Sequence record: SRR22947727_633 | Length of the DNA stretch: 63,223 nucleotides | Direction: 5' to 3' (one strand) | In this document: positions 1-11,046 of the stretch, in pieces | Layout of the letters: each line of letters opens with the position of its first letter | How positions within the stretch are numbered: the stretch's first letter is position 1 | The notes under the pieces: model-generated | What the model was told of the DNA's origin: nothing | Seen by the model: only the letters and a program-made list of their open reading frames with translations | Database searches by the model: none | Made by a program: the position numbers and the translations under genes

Positions 1-289
1 CAAGTGGACATTCAAACACTTCTTTTTTGAATTTAGTCACTAATGCGCCAGCCTTTATGTAGTCTTCATCTGTAAAGCTTGAGGCGTTGCCAGCTCCAGA
101 TTCAACAAGGACTTTGTGGTTATTTGCTATTAAAGCAGACACTGCGTCTGGGGTAAGGCAAACCCTTTTTTCAAAAGCAGGATCTTCCTTAGGTACCCCA
201 ATACTCAAGTCCTCTTTTTTACTGAGAATCTCTAATCTTTCTTCTTGTGTTTTGAGTTCTTCTATGCTAAAAGGTGAGGTTGGATTCAT
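1..289 (-). CDS. ald: Alanine dehydrogenase, N-terminal part (runs off the window start)
   Basis: Manual translation from ATG at 289: MNPTSPFSIEELKTQEERLEILSKKEDLSIGVPKEDPAFEKRVCLTPDAVSALIANNHKVLVESGAG; IGVPKE..E.RV.LTP and VESGAG motifs of the AlaDH/PNT N-domain. Not in the ORF track. Confidence 0.85.
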   Translation of the reverse strand, partial: MNPTSPFSIEELKTQEERLEILSKKEDLSIGVPKEDPAFEKRVCLTPDAVSALIANNHKVLVESGAGNASSFTDEDYIKAGALVTKFKKEVFECPL

Positions 290-290
290 C

Positions 291-704
291 TTAATGTATG
301 TATAATTGCCTTGTTGTAGGATCCAAGATACTTATTTCTAAAAAAGTAGCATTTGCAGGGAGCAAATTTTTAATTAACTCAGGCCATTCAATAAAAATCC
401 ATCCATCAAAATCAAGGTATTCTTCAATGCCAAAATCCAAAGCTTCGTCTAGGGTGTTGAGTCTGTACAAATCAAAATGATAGGCCAATGTTTTTCCAAA
501 AGCATCCGGATATTCATTGACAATACCAAAACTAGGACTTTGGCCACTATCAGATGCGTCTAGACTTTTTAAAATAGCTTTTATGAGTGTTGTTTTTCCT
601 GCACCCATTGGGGCGTCAAAACAAACGATTTTTGAGGGTAATTCTTTTACTAATACTTGAGAAAGATTTTCTAAATCTGACTCTTTATAGATAATATCTA
701 GCAT
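291..704 (-). CDS. tsaE: tRNA threonylcarbamoyladenosine biosynthesis ATPase TsaE
   Basis: MGAGKTT P-loop, SPSF and YHFDLYRL motifs, FIEWPE. Confidence 0.93.
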   Translation of the reverse strand: MLDIIYKESDLENLSQVLVKELPSKIVCFDAPMGAGKTTLIKAILKSLDASDSGQSPSFGIVNEYPDAFGKTLAYHFDLYRLNTLDEALDFGIEEYLDFDGWIFIEWPELIKNLLPANATFLEISILDPTTRQLYIH

Positions 705-864
705 TTAATCGAAAAATTGAGATCTAATGATGGATTTGAAAAATTGTAAGCCATATTGTTTAAAATTCAAATATAGGAACAGTTTTTTTAGTAATGTAAT
801 TTCTTTATTATGATCACCATAGCTTTATTGATTATTCAAACCATTAGCATCTTATACTGACGTC

Positions 865-2409
865 CTATTTGGGGGTTAAAACAACAAATGGGACAATCAT
901 TTCTTCCATGGAAATACCGCCGTGCTGGTAGGAATCCATGTATTTATCTGCGAATTTGTTAAACTCATTTGGATAAACAAAGAAAGATTTATTTTTAGCA
1001 AATAAATAGGTACTTGCCAAGCTACTTTTTGGAAGACCAACGCTTTCTGGAACATCTATCTGAAAGCTAGATTTAGAGTTGCTTTGAATTCTATGGCCGT
1101 TTTTATACCTCAAATTATCAGTATGGTCCCTGTTTCCGTTTAACACACTTGGATGGTCTACTTGTATGGCACCATGATCGGTGGTGATAATTAATTGAAT
1201 ATTATGCTCCAAAATAAGCTTTAAAATATCTTGTAAATAAGTATTTGAAAACCAATTCATAGTAGTATCTCTATACGCTTTGTTATTGTGGGTAATCTCG
1301 TTTATAATTGGGTGTGATATTTTGGCATGAGAAAGCTGGTCTATAAAGCCAATAACCGCAAAATTAAGGGTGTTTTTTGTAATTTTTTTAAAGTTTTTTA
1401 TATAATCAGAGGCTTGCTTGTTGCTATTGATTTTCGCATAAGAATGAGAAATATTTAAGCCTTTCCTTTCACAGTATTCTTTGAAAAATAAAGCCTCAAA
1501 TTCATTTTTCAACCCTTCCTCAGTATCTTCTTTCCATTGTTTGGGGTATTTATTTTTAATTTCAATAGGAAGTAAGCCAGCAAAAATAGCGTTTCTAGCA
1601 TATTGTGTCACTGTGGGTAAAATAGCTGTATAAAAGCCATCTTCTATGACATTAAATTGTGCTTCTAAGCTAGGTTTGATGGTTTGCCAATGATCTGCCC
1701 TTAGATTGTCTAGAACCAATACCAATGTTTTTTTTCCTTTGAGCAATGGAAAAATTTTCTTATCCAATAGTTCATGCGAAAAAATAGGGCCACCGTCATT
1801 TTGAATCCAAGATGTATAGGATCCTTCTACAAATTCAGAAAATTTCAAATTGGCATTTTGAAAATGGCCTTCGAGCATTTCTAAGAGTAATTTATTTTTG
1901 CTGTTTTCAAATTCTATCTGCCATTTTACAAGGGATTGATACAATTTATAAAAAGCTTCCATATTATTAGCCTCATAAATATCTGCTGATATTTTTAAAT
2001 GACTGCTTAGAAAATCGGATTGTTTCTTATCAGTTGTAATTTGTTTTTGCTCCAATATTTTCTTAACGGATACATATACTTGATTGGGAAGGACTGGCTT
2101 GACCAGAAAATCAACAACCTTATTGGATAAGGCCTCTTTTAAAGTGTATTCCTCTTGGTTGTTGGTGACCATAATTACTGGAATATTAATCCCCTTCTCT
2201 TCAATAGCAACTAGGGTCTCTAAACCAGATATACCAGGCATCTTTTCATCTAATAAAACAAGACTCACCTCATTTTCCTCTAGGTAAGCTAAGCCTTCTC
2301 TAGCATTGTTGCATCCAATGACATCGTAGCCTTTTTGATTTAAAAAAAGGAAGTGTGGTTTTAGAAAATCCACCTCATCATCTACCCATAAAATGCATTG
2401 TTTATTCAT
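865..2409 (-). CDS. porX: PorX-type response regulator (receiver plus PglZ/alkaline-phosphatase-like domain)
   Basis: ILWVDDE, LLDEKMPG and KP receiver motifs; DNLR, LPTVTQYARNAIF, TTDHG and YQHGG motifs; porX-tsaE synteny. Start placed at MNKQC (2409) rather than 2475 to avoid overlap with the divergent gene. Confidence 0.88.
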   Translation of the reverse strand: MNKQCILWVDDEVDFLKPHFLFLNQKGYDVIGCNNAREGLAYLEENEVSLVLLDEKMPGISGLETLVAIEEKGINIPVIMVTNNQEEYTLKEALSNKVVDFLVKPVLPNQVYVSVKKILEQKQITTDKKQSDFLSSHLKISADIYEANNMEAFYKLYQSLVKWQIEFENSKNKLLLEMLEGHFQNANLKFSEFVEGSYTSWIQNDGGPIFSHELLDKKIFPLLKGKKTLVLVLDNLRADHWQTIKPSLEAQFNVIEDGFYTAILPTVTQYARNAIFAGLLPIEIKNKYPKQWKEDTEEGLKNEFEALFFKEYCERKGLNISHSYAKINSNKQASDYIKNFKKITKNTLNFAVIGFIDQLSHAKISHPIINEITHNNKAYRDTTMNWFSNTYLQDILKLILEHNIQLIITTDHGAIQVDHPSVLNGNRDHTDNLRYKNGHRIQSNSKSSFQIDVPESVGLPKSSLASTYLFAKNKSFFVYPNEFNKFADKYMDSYQHGGISMEEMIVPFVVLTPK

Positions 2410-2417
2410 TAAGTGTG

Positions 2418-2425
2418 TATATTTG
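2418..2425 (+). promoter_or_regulatory. Bacteroidota -7 promoter element (TATATTTG) for the HD-domain gene
   Basis: Matches TAnnTTTG, ending 18 nt before the TTG at 2444. Confidence 0.55.
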
Positions 2426-2443
2426 TTTAAAACAATCTGGCTT

Positions 2444-3667
2444 TTGAAAACCAATTTAAAACAATACGTATTCAACGACCCAATTTACGGTTTTATCAGG
2501 ATTAATGATCCCCTAATTTTGGAACTTATTGAAACGCCTTATTTTCAAAGACTTAGAAGAATAGCTCAAGTAGGTTTGTCTTCTTTAGTGTACCCTGGCG
2601 CACACCACACAAGGTTTCATCATGCCTTAGGATGTGTACATCTAATGCAGCAATCTATCAGTGTGTTGCAATCTAAAGGAGTCGCAATAAGTGCTGCTGA
2701 ATCAAGGGCTTTGCAAATCGCTATTTTGTTACACGACATTGGTCATGGTCCTTTTTCTCATGCCATGGAGCACAGTATAATACCAAACATCAGTCATGAA
2801 ACCCTTTCCCTAAAGTTCATGCATATTTTAAATGATCAATTTAAAGGGGCTTTGTCTTTGGCCATTAGTATTTTTAGAGGGGAAAGCGAAAGATTGTTTT
2901 TTAATCAACTTGTTTCTAGTCAGTTAGATGTAGACAGACTTGACTATCTTAAAAGAGATAGCTTTTATACAGGTGTAGCTGAAGGAAATATTAATTCCGA
3001 ACGATTGATCAGTATGCTTAACGTGGTTGATCAGACACTTGTAATTGAAGAAAAAGGGCTATATTCTGTAGAAAAATACCTCATGGCAAGACGTTTTATG
3101 TACTGGCAAGTATACTTACATAAAACTGGTATTGCTGCTGAAGCCATTTTGATTAAGATTTTTGAAAGGGCAAAGGCCTTACTTAAACAAGGAGTACTAT
3201 TGCAAGCCAGCGATGCATTAATGTATTTTTTAAATCAGAGTGATGACATACAATTGTCGGAGCAAACTATGGAGCAATTTTCTAAACTAGACGACACTGA
3301 TATTTATGCAGCCATAAAAACTTGGAGCGATCATAATGATGTTGTTTTGTCCCATTTGTGTGTTATGATATTGAACAGGAGTTTATTAAAAATTAAAATT
3401 AAAGACACCCCCTTTTCTGAAACGAAAATAGCATCAAAAACAAAATTACTGGAGGCAGCAGGTTACAGTAAAGAGACATGGCCGTATTTTGTGTTCTCAG
3501 GAACCTTTTCTAATCTGGCTTATAACCCATTAAATACCCCTATTTATATGATAAAAAAATCAGGTAAAAAAGTCAATATAGCTACGCAATTGGCGCCTTC
3601 TTTTTTCGAAGCCTTGAGCCATAAGGTAGAGAAGTATTATATATGCTATCCTAAAAAAGGCTTTTAA
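2444..3667 (+). CDS. HD-domain metal-dependent phosphohydrolase (SAMHD1/dGTPase-like)
   Basis: [45 protein letters not shown]; probable TTG start at 2444. Confidence 0.88.
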   Translation: MKTNLKQYVFNDPIYGFIRINDPLILELIETPYFQRLRRIAQVGLSSLVYPGAHHTRFHHALGCVHLMQQSISVLQSKGVAISAAESRALQIAILLHDIGHGPFSHAMEHSIIPNISHETLSLKFMHILNDQFKGALSLAISIFRGESERLFFNQLVSSQLDVDRLDYLKRDSFYTGVAEGNINSERLISMLNVVDQTLVIEEKGLYSVEKYLMARRFMYWQVYLHKTGIAAEAILIKIFERAKALLKQGVLLQASDALMYFLNQSDDIQLSEQTMEQFSKLDDTDIYAAIKTWSDHNDVVLSHLCVMILNRSLLKIKIKDTPFSETKIASKTKLLEAAGYSKETWPYFVFSGTFSNLAYNPLNTPIYMIKKSGKKVNIATQLAPSFFEALSHKVEKYYICYPKKGF

Positions 3668-3690
3668 GTATTATTTCTTACTTTTGCACT

Positions 3691-4704
3691 ATGAAATTTA
3701 CAGCGCGCCAAATTGCTACGATCCTAGAAGGTGAAGTAGAAGGCAATCCAGACGTGGAGGTTCAAACGGTCTCTAAAATAGAGGAGGGAGAAAAAGGAAG
3801 TTTGACCTTTTTATCTAACCAGAAATACACGCCTTATATATACAAAACAAATGCGTCAATCACTATAGTGAATGATAGCTTTGTTCCTGAAAAAGAGTTG
3901 AGGACTACATTGATTAGAGTTCCAGACGCCTATGCTGCTTTTTCTAAATTACTTTCTTATTATGACAGCATAAAGAAAACCAAATCAGGGATTGAGTCTC
4001 CAAGCTACATCAATGAGGCCGCTACATATGGTAATAACTTATACCTTGGTGCTTTTTCATATGTTGGCGCTCACACAAAAATAGGTGACAACGTGACCAT
4101 TCACCCCAATGTTTATATTGCAGAAAACGTTACTATTGGTAATGAGGTGACTATTTTTCCTGGAGCGAGAATATGTTCAGACACTGTGATTGGTAATTAC
4201 TGTGTCATTCATCCCAACGCAGTGATTGGTTCAGATGGCTTTGGTTTTGCGCCGCAAGAAGATGGTAGTTACAGCAAGATTCCACAAATTGGACATGTTA
4301 TTATAGAAGACCATGTAGATGTTGGCGCAGGTACAACAATAGACAGGGCCACAATAGGTGTAACTGTTATTAGAGAAGGGGTTAAATTAGACAATCAAAT
4401 TCAGATCGCACACAATGTAGAAGTGGGCGCACACACAGTCATTGCGGCACAGACGGGAATTGCAGGCTCCACTAAAATTGGAAAGCACTGCATGATTGGG
4501 GGACAAGTGGGTATTGTAGGACACATTACCATTGGTGATTATGTAAAAGTTCAAGCCCAATCAGGCGTTGGAAGAAATGTAAAATCCAAGGAAATCTTGC
4601 AAGGATCACCTGCATTTGGTTATCAAGATTTTAATAAATCTTATGTTCATTTTAAAAATTTGCCAAAAACCATTCATAAACTAGATACAAAAGATTATTT
4701 GTAA
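3691..4704 (+). CDS. lpxD: UDP-3-O-(3-hydroxyacyl)glucosamine N-acyltransferase
   Basis: Hexapeptide repeats, [17 protein letters not shown]; lies in the lpxD-lpxC/fabZ-lpxA cluster. Confidence 0.93.
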   Translation: MKFTARQIATILEGEVEGNPDVEVQTVSKIEEGEKGSLTFLSNQKYTPYIYKTNASITIVNDSFVPEKELRTTLIRVPDAYAAFSKLLSYYDSIKKTKSGIESPSYINEAATYGNNLYLGAFSYVGAHTKIGDNVTIHPNVYIAENVTIGNEVTIFPGARICSDTVIGNYCVIHPNAVIGSDGFGFAPQEDGSYSKIPQIGHVIIEDHVDVGAGTTIDRATIGVTVIREGVKLDNQIQIAHNVEVGAHTVIAAQTGIAGSTKIGKHCMIGGQVGIVGHITIGDYVKVQAQSGVGRNVKSKEILQGSPAFGYQDFNKSYVHFKNLPKTIHKLDTKDYL

Positions 4705-6104
4705 TGTTAGAAAAAACAGTTGCACAAACTACCATTGCCAAAGAAGTAAGTCTTACAGGGGTAGGGCTACACACAGGAGCAGAAGTGACCATGACTTTTA
4801 AACCAGCCATGGAAAACACAGGCTATAGGTTTAAAAGAGTAGATTTAGAGGAAACGCCAACAATTCAAGCAGAGGCACAATATGTTGTCAATACCCAAAG
4901 GGGTACAAATTTAGAAAAAAACGGAGTTAGTATTCAAACCTCAGAGCACGTTCTCGCTGCATTAGTAGGTTTGGAAATAGATAATGTACTCATAGAATTA
5001 AATGCAGCAGAACCTCCAATCATGGATGGTTCCTCAAAATTTTTCATTGCTGCTTTAGAAGAGGCAGGCATAAAAACCCTAGAGGCCCTTAGAGAAGAAT
5101 TTGTAGTCACAGAAGTAATTACTTTTATCGATGATAATTCAGGATCTGAAATTACCTTAATCCCTGCAGATCACTATCAAGTGACTGCTATGGTAGATTT
5201 TGGGACTAAAATTTTGGGCACTCAGAATGCTACATTAAATCATATTTCGGAATTTAAAAGCGAGATTTCAGAAGCGAGAACATTTAGCTTTCTTCACGAA
5301 TTAGAAACTTTATTAGACCACGGTTTAATCAAAGGAGGAGATTTAAATAATGCCATTGTTTATGTAGATAAAGAAATCTCATCAGAAACAATGGCTAAGC
5401 TTGAAAAAGCTTTTAATAAGTCTAAATTATCCGTGAAACCTAACGGAATTCTAGATAATCTTACTTTAAACCAGCCCAATGAGGCTGCAAGACATAAGTT
5501 GTTAGATGTGATTGGTGACTTGGCTTTAGCTGGCACGCGCATTAGAGGTAAGGTCATAGCAACAAAACCAGGGCATTTTGTCAACACCCAATTTGCAAAG
5601 AAACTCTGTGCGATGATTAAAACTGAAAAAAGGAATCAAATTCCTAAATACGATTTGAATGCTGCTCCATTAATGGACATTCACCAGATCATGGATATGT
5701 TGCCGCACAGACCACCATTCTTGCTTATAGACCGTATTATTGAGCTTTCAGACACCCATGTTGTTGGGATGAAAAATGTTACAATGAATGAAGATTTTTT
5801 TGTAGGACATTTCCCTGGAGCACCAGTAATGCCAGGTGTTTTACAGGTTGAAGCTATGGCGCAAACTGGTGGTGTTCTCGTGTTGAGTACGGTGCCAGAT
5901 CCAGAAAACTACCTCACATTATTTATGAAAATGGATAATGTAAAATTCAAACAAAAAGTAATTCCTGGAGATACATTAATTTTTCACTGTAGTCTCATCT
6001 CTCCAATAAGAAGGGGAATATGCCATATGCAAGCCTATGCTTATGCCAATAATAAATTGGTTTGTGAAGCAGAATTAATGGCTCAAATCGTTAAAAAGAA
6101 ATAA
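4704..6104 (+). CDS. lpxC/fabZ: Bifunctional LpxC deacetylase / FabZ dehydratase
   Basis: GVGLHTG, EHVL, PIMDGS, HKLLDVIGDL (LpxC); LPHRPPFLLID, GHFPGAPVMPGVL (FabZ). Confidence 0.96.
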   Translation: MLEKTVAQTTIAKEVSLTGVGLHTGAEVTMTFKPAMENTGYRFKRVDLEETPTIQAEAQYVVNTQRGTNLEKNGVSIQTSEHVLAALVGLEIDNVLIELNAAEPPIMDGSSKFFIAALEEAGIKTLEALREEFVVTEVITFIDDNSGSEITLIPADHYQVTAMVDFGTKILGTQNATLNHISEFKSEISEARTFSFLHELETLLDHGLIKGGDLNNAIVYVDKEISSETMAKLEKAFNKSKLSVKPNGILDNLTLNQPNEAARHKLLDVIGDLALAGTRIRGKVIATKPGHFVNTQFAKKLCAMIKTEKRNQIPKYDLNAAPLMDIHQIMDMLPHRPPFLLIDRIIELSDTHVVGMKNVTMNEDFFVGHFPGAPVMPGVLQVEAMAQTGGVLVLSTVPDPENYLTLFMKMDNVKFKQKVIPGDTLIFHCSLISPIRRGICHMQAYAYANNKLVCEAELMAQIVKKK

Positions 6105-6890
6105 ATGAACCAACCTTTAGCATACATACACCCAGGTGCAAAAATCGCCAAAAATGTAGTTGTAGAACCTTTCACAACCATACACAATAATGTTATTATT
6201 GGAGAGGGTACTTGGATAGGATCTAATGTCACTATTATGGAAGGTGCGCGCATAGGAAAAAATTGTAATATTTTTCCAGGAGCGGTGATCTCTGCGCCTC
6301 CTCAAGATTTAAAATACAATGGAGAGGAAACTACGGTAGAAATAGGAGATTTTACTACAATAAGAGAATGTGTTACTATTAACAAGGGAACTACGGATAG
6401 AATGAAAACCGTTATTGGTTCAAATTGTCTCATTATGGCCTATTGTCATATTGCCCATGATTGTTTGGTGGGCAATAACGCTATTTTTTCAAACAACTCT
6501 ACTTTAGCAGGACATGTCACTATTGGCGAAAACGTGGTTTTAGCAGGTCTAGTGGCAGTGCACCAGTTTGTGTCTATTGGTCAGCATGCTTTTGTAACAG
6601 GGGGCTCTTTGGTAAGGAAAGATGTTCCACCATTTGTTAAAGCGGCAAGAGAGCCACTTTCTTATGTAGGCATAAATTCTGTAGGTCTGAGAAGAAGGGG
6701 TTTTGATACAGATAAAATCAGAGAGATTCAGAATATTTATAGAATACTTTACCAAAGAAATTATAACAATACCCAAGCCGTTCAAATTTTAGAAGCAGAA
6801 ATGGAAGCAACCAATGAGCGCGATGAAATTCTTCAGTTTATCAGAGATTCTCAAAGAGGTATTATGAAAGGATATTTTAGTAATAATTAA
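6105..6890 (+). CDS. lpxA: UDP-N-acetylglucosamine O-acyltransferase
   Basis: PQDLKY, HIAHDC, LAGHV, VHQF, GINSVGLRRRGF. Confidence 0.96.
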   Translation: MNQPLAYIHPGAKIAKNVVVEPFTTIHNNVIIGEGTWIGSNVTIMEGARIGKNCNIFPGAVISAPPQDLKYNGEETTVEIGDFTTIRECVTINKGTTDRMKTVIGSNCLIMAYCHIAHDCLVGNNAIFSNNSTLAGHVTIGENVVLAGLVAVHQFVSIGQHAFVTGGSLVRKDVPPFVKAAREPLSYVGINSVGLRRRGFDTDKIREIQNIYRILYQRNYNNTQAVQILEAEMEATNERDEILQFIRDSQRGIMKGYFSNN

Positions 6891-6902
6891 GACAATATAA
6901 TT

Positions 6903-7469
6903 ATGGCATCTACATCAGATATAAGAAAAGGTTTGTGTATTAAATACAACAACGACATTTATAAAATCATTGAATTTTTACATGTTAAACCTGGAAAAGG
7001 CCCCGCCTTTGTTAGGACTAAACTTAAAAGTGTCAGTAATGGTAAAGTATTAGACAATACTTTTTCAGCAGGCCATAAAATTGAAGAAGTTAGGGTAGAG
7101 ACTAGGTCTTACCAATATCTTTATCCAGAGGGAGATACTTATCACTTCATGAATACAGAAGATTACAATCAAATTACCCTTCCTGAATCTTCTTTAGACG
7201 CTCCTGGGCTTTTAAAAGAAGGCACCGTTGTGACTATTTTATTTAATACAGAAGACAGCGCACCATTATCAGTAGATATGCCTGCTAGTATTGTTTTAGA
7301 AGTAACTTACACAGAACCAGGAGTAAAAGGAAATACGGCTACAAATGCCACTAAGCCAGCTACGGTTGAAACTGGCGCTCAAGTTAACGTCCCTCTTTTT
7401 ATTAACGAAGGGGATAAGATTAAGATAGATACCGAGAAAGGTGCCTATATGGAAAGAGTGAAAGAGTAG
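6903..7469 (+). CDS. efp: Elongation factor P
   Basis: HVKPGKGPAFVRTK; KPATVETGA..VPLFI. Confidence 0.97.
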   Translation: MASTSDIRKGLCIKYNNDIYKIIEFLHVKPGKGPAFVRTKLKSVSNGKVLDNTFSAGHKIEEVRVETRSYQYLYPEGDTYHFMNTEDYNQITLPESSLDAPGLLKEGTVVTILFNTEDSAPLSVDMPASIVLEVTYTEPGVKGNTATNATKPATVETGAQVNVPLFINEGDKIKIDTEKGAYMERVKE

Positions 7470-7473
7470 TCTA

Positions 7474-8415
7474 ATGAAATTTTCAACGACTCAAACGCTT
7501 CAAGATATTGCTACAATTCTCGGTGTCCCTTTTGTTGGAGATCCAATGTTTCCGGTTACAGGAATGAACGAAATTCATGTAGTGACCCCTGGAGATATTG
7601 TATTTGTAGACCATCCAAAGTACTATGAAAAAGCATTAAATTCGGCTGCAACCATCGTATTGATTAATAAGGAAGTGCCTTGTCCAGAAGGAAAAGCACT
7701 ACTCATTTCTAAAGATCCTTTCCGAGATTTCAATGTGCTGAGTAAGTACTTCAAGCCTTTTGTGCCTGCTCAAGTAAATATTGCTGTAACCGCTAAAATA
7801 GGAGAGCACACCCATATTCAGCCACAGGCCTTTATTGGGAATCATGTTACTATAGGAAAGCACTGTGTTATTCACCCTAATGTGGTTATTTATGACCATT
7901 GTAGCATTGGAGATTATGTGATCATTCATGCAGGAACGGTTGTTGGTGCAGACGCATTTTACTATAAAAATAGGGCAGAGGGTCATGACAAATTGATATC
8001 GACCGGAACGGTCAAAATTGAAAATCATGTAGAAATTGGGGCCCTTTGTACTATAGATAAAGGGGTTAGTGGAACAACAACTATTGGCGAAGGCACAAAA
8101 TTAGACAATCAAGTGCATATTGGCCACGATTCAGTGATTGGCAAACACTGTCTTATTGCCTCTCAAACAGGGGTTGCTGGTTGTGTCATTATTGAAGATA
8201 GTGTAACGCTATGGGGTCAGGTAGGTACCACTAGTGGAATCACAATTGGTGAAAAAGCAGTTGTATTGGGCCAAACTGGCGTGACTAAGTCCATCCCAGG
8301 TGGAAAGTCTTATTTTGGTACACCAGTACAGGAGTCTAGAGCGCAATTAAAACAATTAGCCCAATTAAAGCAATTGCCAAAATTGTTCCAAAATAAACAG
8401 AATAAAGCCCTTTAA
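7474..8415 (+). CDS. LpxD-like acyltransferase (second paralog)
   Basis: Hexapeptide repeats, LpxD N-domain, KLDNQVHIGHD. Confidence 0.85.
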   Translation: MKFSTTQTLQDIATILGVPFVGDPMFPVTGMNEIHVVTPGDIVFVDHPKYYEKALNSAATIVLINKEVPCPEGKALLISKDPFRDFNVLSKYFKPFVPAQVNIAVTAKIGEHTHIQPQAFIGNHVTIGKHCVIHPNVVIYDHCSIGDYVIIHAGTVVGADAFYYKNRAEGHDKLISTGTVKIENHVEIGALCTIDKGVSGTTTIGEGTKLDNQVHIGHDSVIGKHCLIASQTGVAGCVIIEDSVTLWGQVGTTSGITIGEKAVVLGQTGVTKSIPGGKSYFGTPVQESRAQLKQLAQLKQLPKLFQNKQNKAL

Positions 8416-8441
8416 ATTTTTAATTTCCCCACACAAAAGGC

Positions 8442-8449
8442 TATTTTTG
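8442..8449 (+). promoter_or_regulatory. Bacteroidota -7 promoter element (TATTTTTG) for sucD
   Basis: TAnnTTTG match shortly upstream of ATG 8472. Confidence 0.5.
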
Positions 8450-8471
8450 CCTTAAATTTTAAAATAGAGAT

Positions 8472-9344
8472 ATGAGTGTTTTAGTCAATAAAGATTCAAA
8501 GATTATAGTGCAGGGTTTCACTGGAGCAGAAGGTACTTTCCACGCGGAACAAATGATCGAATACGGAACGCAAGTTGTAGGAGGAGTTACTCCAGGTAAA
8601 GGGGGGCAAACCCACTTAGGAAAACCAGTTTTTAATACAGTTTCGGATGCTGTTGCACAAGTTGGCGCAGACACTTCTATTTTATTTGTACCACCAGCCT
8701 TTGCGGCCGATGCCATTATGGAAGCGGCAGATGCAGGAATAAAAGTAATTATTACGATTACTGAAGGTATCCCTGTCGCAGATATGGTGAAAGTAAATGA
8801 TTACATTAAAAATATGCCAACCAGATTAATTGGTCCTAACTGTCCAGGTGTCATTACACCAGGAGAAGCCAAAGTTGGTATTATGCCAGGTTTTGTTTTC
8901 AAAAAAGGGACTGTAGGTATTGTGTCTAAATCAGGAACCTTAACTTATGAAGCGGCTGATCAGGTAGTAAGGCAAGGATTGGGTATTACTACTGCTATTG
9001 GTATTGGTGGAGATCCTATCATTGGAACCACTACTAAAGAAGCTGTTGAATTATTAATCAATGATCCAGAAACTGAAGCAGTGGTTATGATTGGAGAAAT
9101 TGGCGGTCAATTAGAAGCAGATGCTGCTAAATGGTATAAGGAAAGTGGCAGCAAAAAACCAATCATTGGCTTTATAGCTGGTGAAACAGCCCCTGCTGGT
9201 AGAACAATGGGACACGCTGGTGCTATTGTAGGCGGATCAGATGACACCGCTCAAGCTAAAAAAGCCATTATGAGGGCTTCTGGTATTCACGTTGTAGATT
9301 CTCCTGCAGAAATTGGAAAGAAAGTAAAAGAAGTTTTAGGATAA
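8472..9344 (+). CDS. sucD: Succinate--CoA ligase alpha subunit
   Basis: VQGFTG, GPNCPG, SGTLTYE, GIGGDP, MGHAGA. Confidence 0.97.
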   Translation: MSVLVNKDSKIIVQGFTGAEGTFHAEQMIEYGTQVVGGVTPGKGGQTHLGKPVFNTVSDAVAQVGADTSILFVPPAFAADAIMEAADAGIKVIITITEGIPVADMVKVNDYIKNMPTRLIGPNCPGVITPGEAKVGIMPGFVFKKGTVGIVSKSGTLTYEAADQVVRQGLGITTAIGIGGDPIIGTTTKEAVELLINDPETEAVVMIGEIGGQLEADAAKWYKESGSKKPIIGFIAGETAPAGRTMGHAGAIVGGSDDTAQAKKAIMRASGIHVVDSPAEIGKKVKEVLG

Positions 9345-9360
9345 TATTTATTCTCCATAT

Positions 9361-9391
9361 AAAAAATCCCGCTTTTTGCGGGATTTTTTTT
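9361..9391 (+). terminator. Intrinsic terminator after sucD
   Basis: AAAAAATCCCGC-TTTTT-GCGGGATTTTTTTT hairpin with U-tract. Confidence 0.9.
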
Positions 9392-9444
9392 GGGCAAAGC
9401 TCATTACTTCTACTATATTTACCACAATATATTAATACATTAAC

Positions 9445-10191
9445 ATGAAATTATTAGAAAACAAAACAGCAATAATCACCGGTGCGAGTAGAGGTATTGG
9501 GATGGGAATTGCTAAAATATTTGCTTCTCATGGAGCCAATGTAGCTTTTACATACGCTTCTAGTGAAGCACCTGCACTAGCATTACAAGAAGAATTAACC
9601 CAATTAGGCGTTAAAGCAAAGGCTTACAAAAGCGACGCTTCTAAATTTGAGCAAGCAGAAGCCTTAGTAGCAGCAGTTATAGAAGACTTTGGCACAATAG
9701 ACATTCTAATCAACAATGCAGGTGTAACTAAAGATAATTTACTCATGCGTATGTCTGAAGAGGATTTTGATGCAGTCATAGAAATTAACTTAAAATCTGT
9801 GTTTAATATGACCAAAGCTGCCCAGCGAACGTTTTTAAAGCAACGCTCTGGTAGTATTATCAACATGAGTAGTGTGGTTGGTGTAAAAGGAAACGCAGGT
9901 CAATCTAATTACGCTGCGTCTAAAGCAGGTATGATTGGATTTACAAAATCCATCGCACTTGAATTGGGTTCTAGAAACATTCGTTGTAACGCTATTGCTC
10001 CAGGTTTTATTGAAACGGAAATGACGGATAAGTTAGATGAAAAAACAGTGCAATCATGGAGAGATGGCATTCCACTAAAACGTGGAGGAAGCCCAGAAGA
10101 CGTGGCCAATGCTTGTGTGTTTCTGGCTTCTGACTTGTCTGCTTATGTCACTGGACAGGTTTTAAATGTAGATGGAGGAATGCTAACCTAA
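9445..10191 (+). CDS. fabG: 3-oxoacyl-ACP reductase
   Basis: TGASRGIG, NNAG, NYAASK, PGFIETEMT. Confidence 0.94.
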   Translation: MKLLENKTAIITGASRGIGMGIAKIFASHGANVAFTYASSEAPALALQEELTQLGVKAKAYKSDASKFEQAEALVAAVIEDFGTIDILINNAGVTKDNLLMRMSEEDFDAVIEINLKSVFNMTKAAQRTFLKQRSGSIINMSSVVGVKGNAGQSNYAASKAGMIGFTKSIALELGSRNIRCNAIAPGFIETEMTDKLDEKTVQSWRDGIPLKRGGSPEDVANACVFLASDLSAYVTGQVLNVDGGMLT

Positions 10192-10230
10192 ACGTACATT
10201 TTTATTGTACCTTTATTAAAAATATAAATT

Positions 10231-11046
10231 ATGGACAAGTTACCTAAAGTGGCCATGCCACTTATTATTTTATTTATTGTACTCATTGTTTTCGTATCAA
10301 AATCCACCCTGACTATTGGTTCAGGAAAGGCAGGTGTTTTATATAAAACATTTGAAAATGGCGTAGTGACAGATCAGCCACCTTTAGGAGAAGGTTTTCA
10401 TATTATAGCCCCTTGGAATAAAGTGTTTATTTATGAAGTACGCCAACAAGAAGTATTTGAAAAAATGCAGGTACTTTCTTCTAATGGACTGGAGATTAAA
10501 TTAGATGCTTCAGCTTGGTTTGAGCCTAAGTATGAATTTTTGGGGAAATTACACCAAGAAAAAGGAGAAGCTTATGTACAAAGGGTTTTACTTCCTACGA
10601 TTAGATCTGCTGCACGTTCCGTTGTTGGAAGGTACACGCCAGAACAACTCTATTCTAGTAAGAGAGACGCTATTCAAGCAGAGATTTACGAAGAGACCAA
10701 AAAAATTGTAGATGGTCAGTATATTCAGCTAAACGAAGTACTAGTTAGAGATGTTACCTTACCAGCTACTATTAAGATAGCTATTGAAAGTAAGTTAAAA
10801 CAAGAGCAAGAGTCCTTAGAGTATGAGTTTAAATTGATCACAGCAGCAAAAGAGGCCGAGCGTCAGATTATTGAGGCACAAGGTAAAGCAGACGCTAACA
10901 GAATTTTAAGTGCTTCCCTTACAGACAAAATTTTGCAGGACAAAGGGATTGAAGCTACTATTAAATTATCTGAATCGCCAAATTCAAAAGTAATTGTCAT
11001 TGGTGGTGGAGACTCAGGAATGCCCATTATTCTTGGGAACAACTAA
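10231..11046 (+). CDS. SPFH/prohibitin family membrane protein
   Basis: N-terminal TM segment, EGFHIIAPW, RSVVGRY, AEAE-type coiled-coil tail. Confidence 0.88.
   Translation: MDKLPKVAMPLIILFIVLIVFVSKSTLTIGSGKAGVLYKTFENGVVTDQPPLGEGFHIIAPWNKVFIYEVRQQEVFEKMQVLSSNGLEIKLDASAWFEPKYEFLGKLHQEKGEAYVQRVLLPTIRSAARSVVGRYTPEQLYSSKRDAIQAEIYEETKKIVDGQYIQLNEVLVRDVTLPATIKIAIESKLKQEQESLEYEFKLITAAKEAERQIIEAQGKADANRILSASLTDKILQDKGIEATIKLSESPNSKVIVIGGGDSGMPIILGNN

Noticed and set aside
87-480. Short plus-strand ORFs 87-305 and 298-480, and the many similar 60-160 aa antisense or overlapping ORFs in the track
   Set aside because: They lie opposite or inside well-supported genes and have no recognisable motifs; treated as shadow ORFs.
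2393-2475. Apparent overlap of the porX and HD-gene N-termini
   Set aside because: Artefact of longest-ORF calling; downstream starts (2409, 2444) fit the domain boundaries and the promoter motif.
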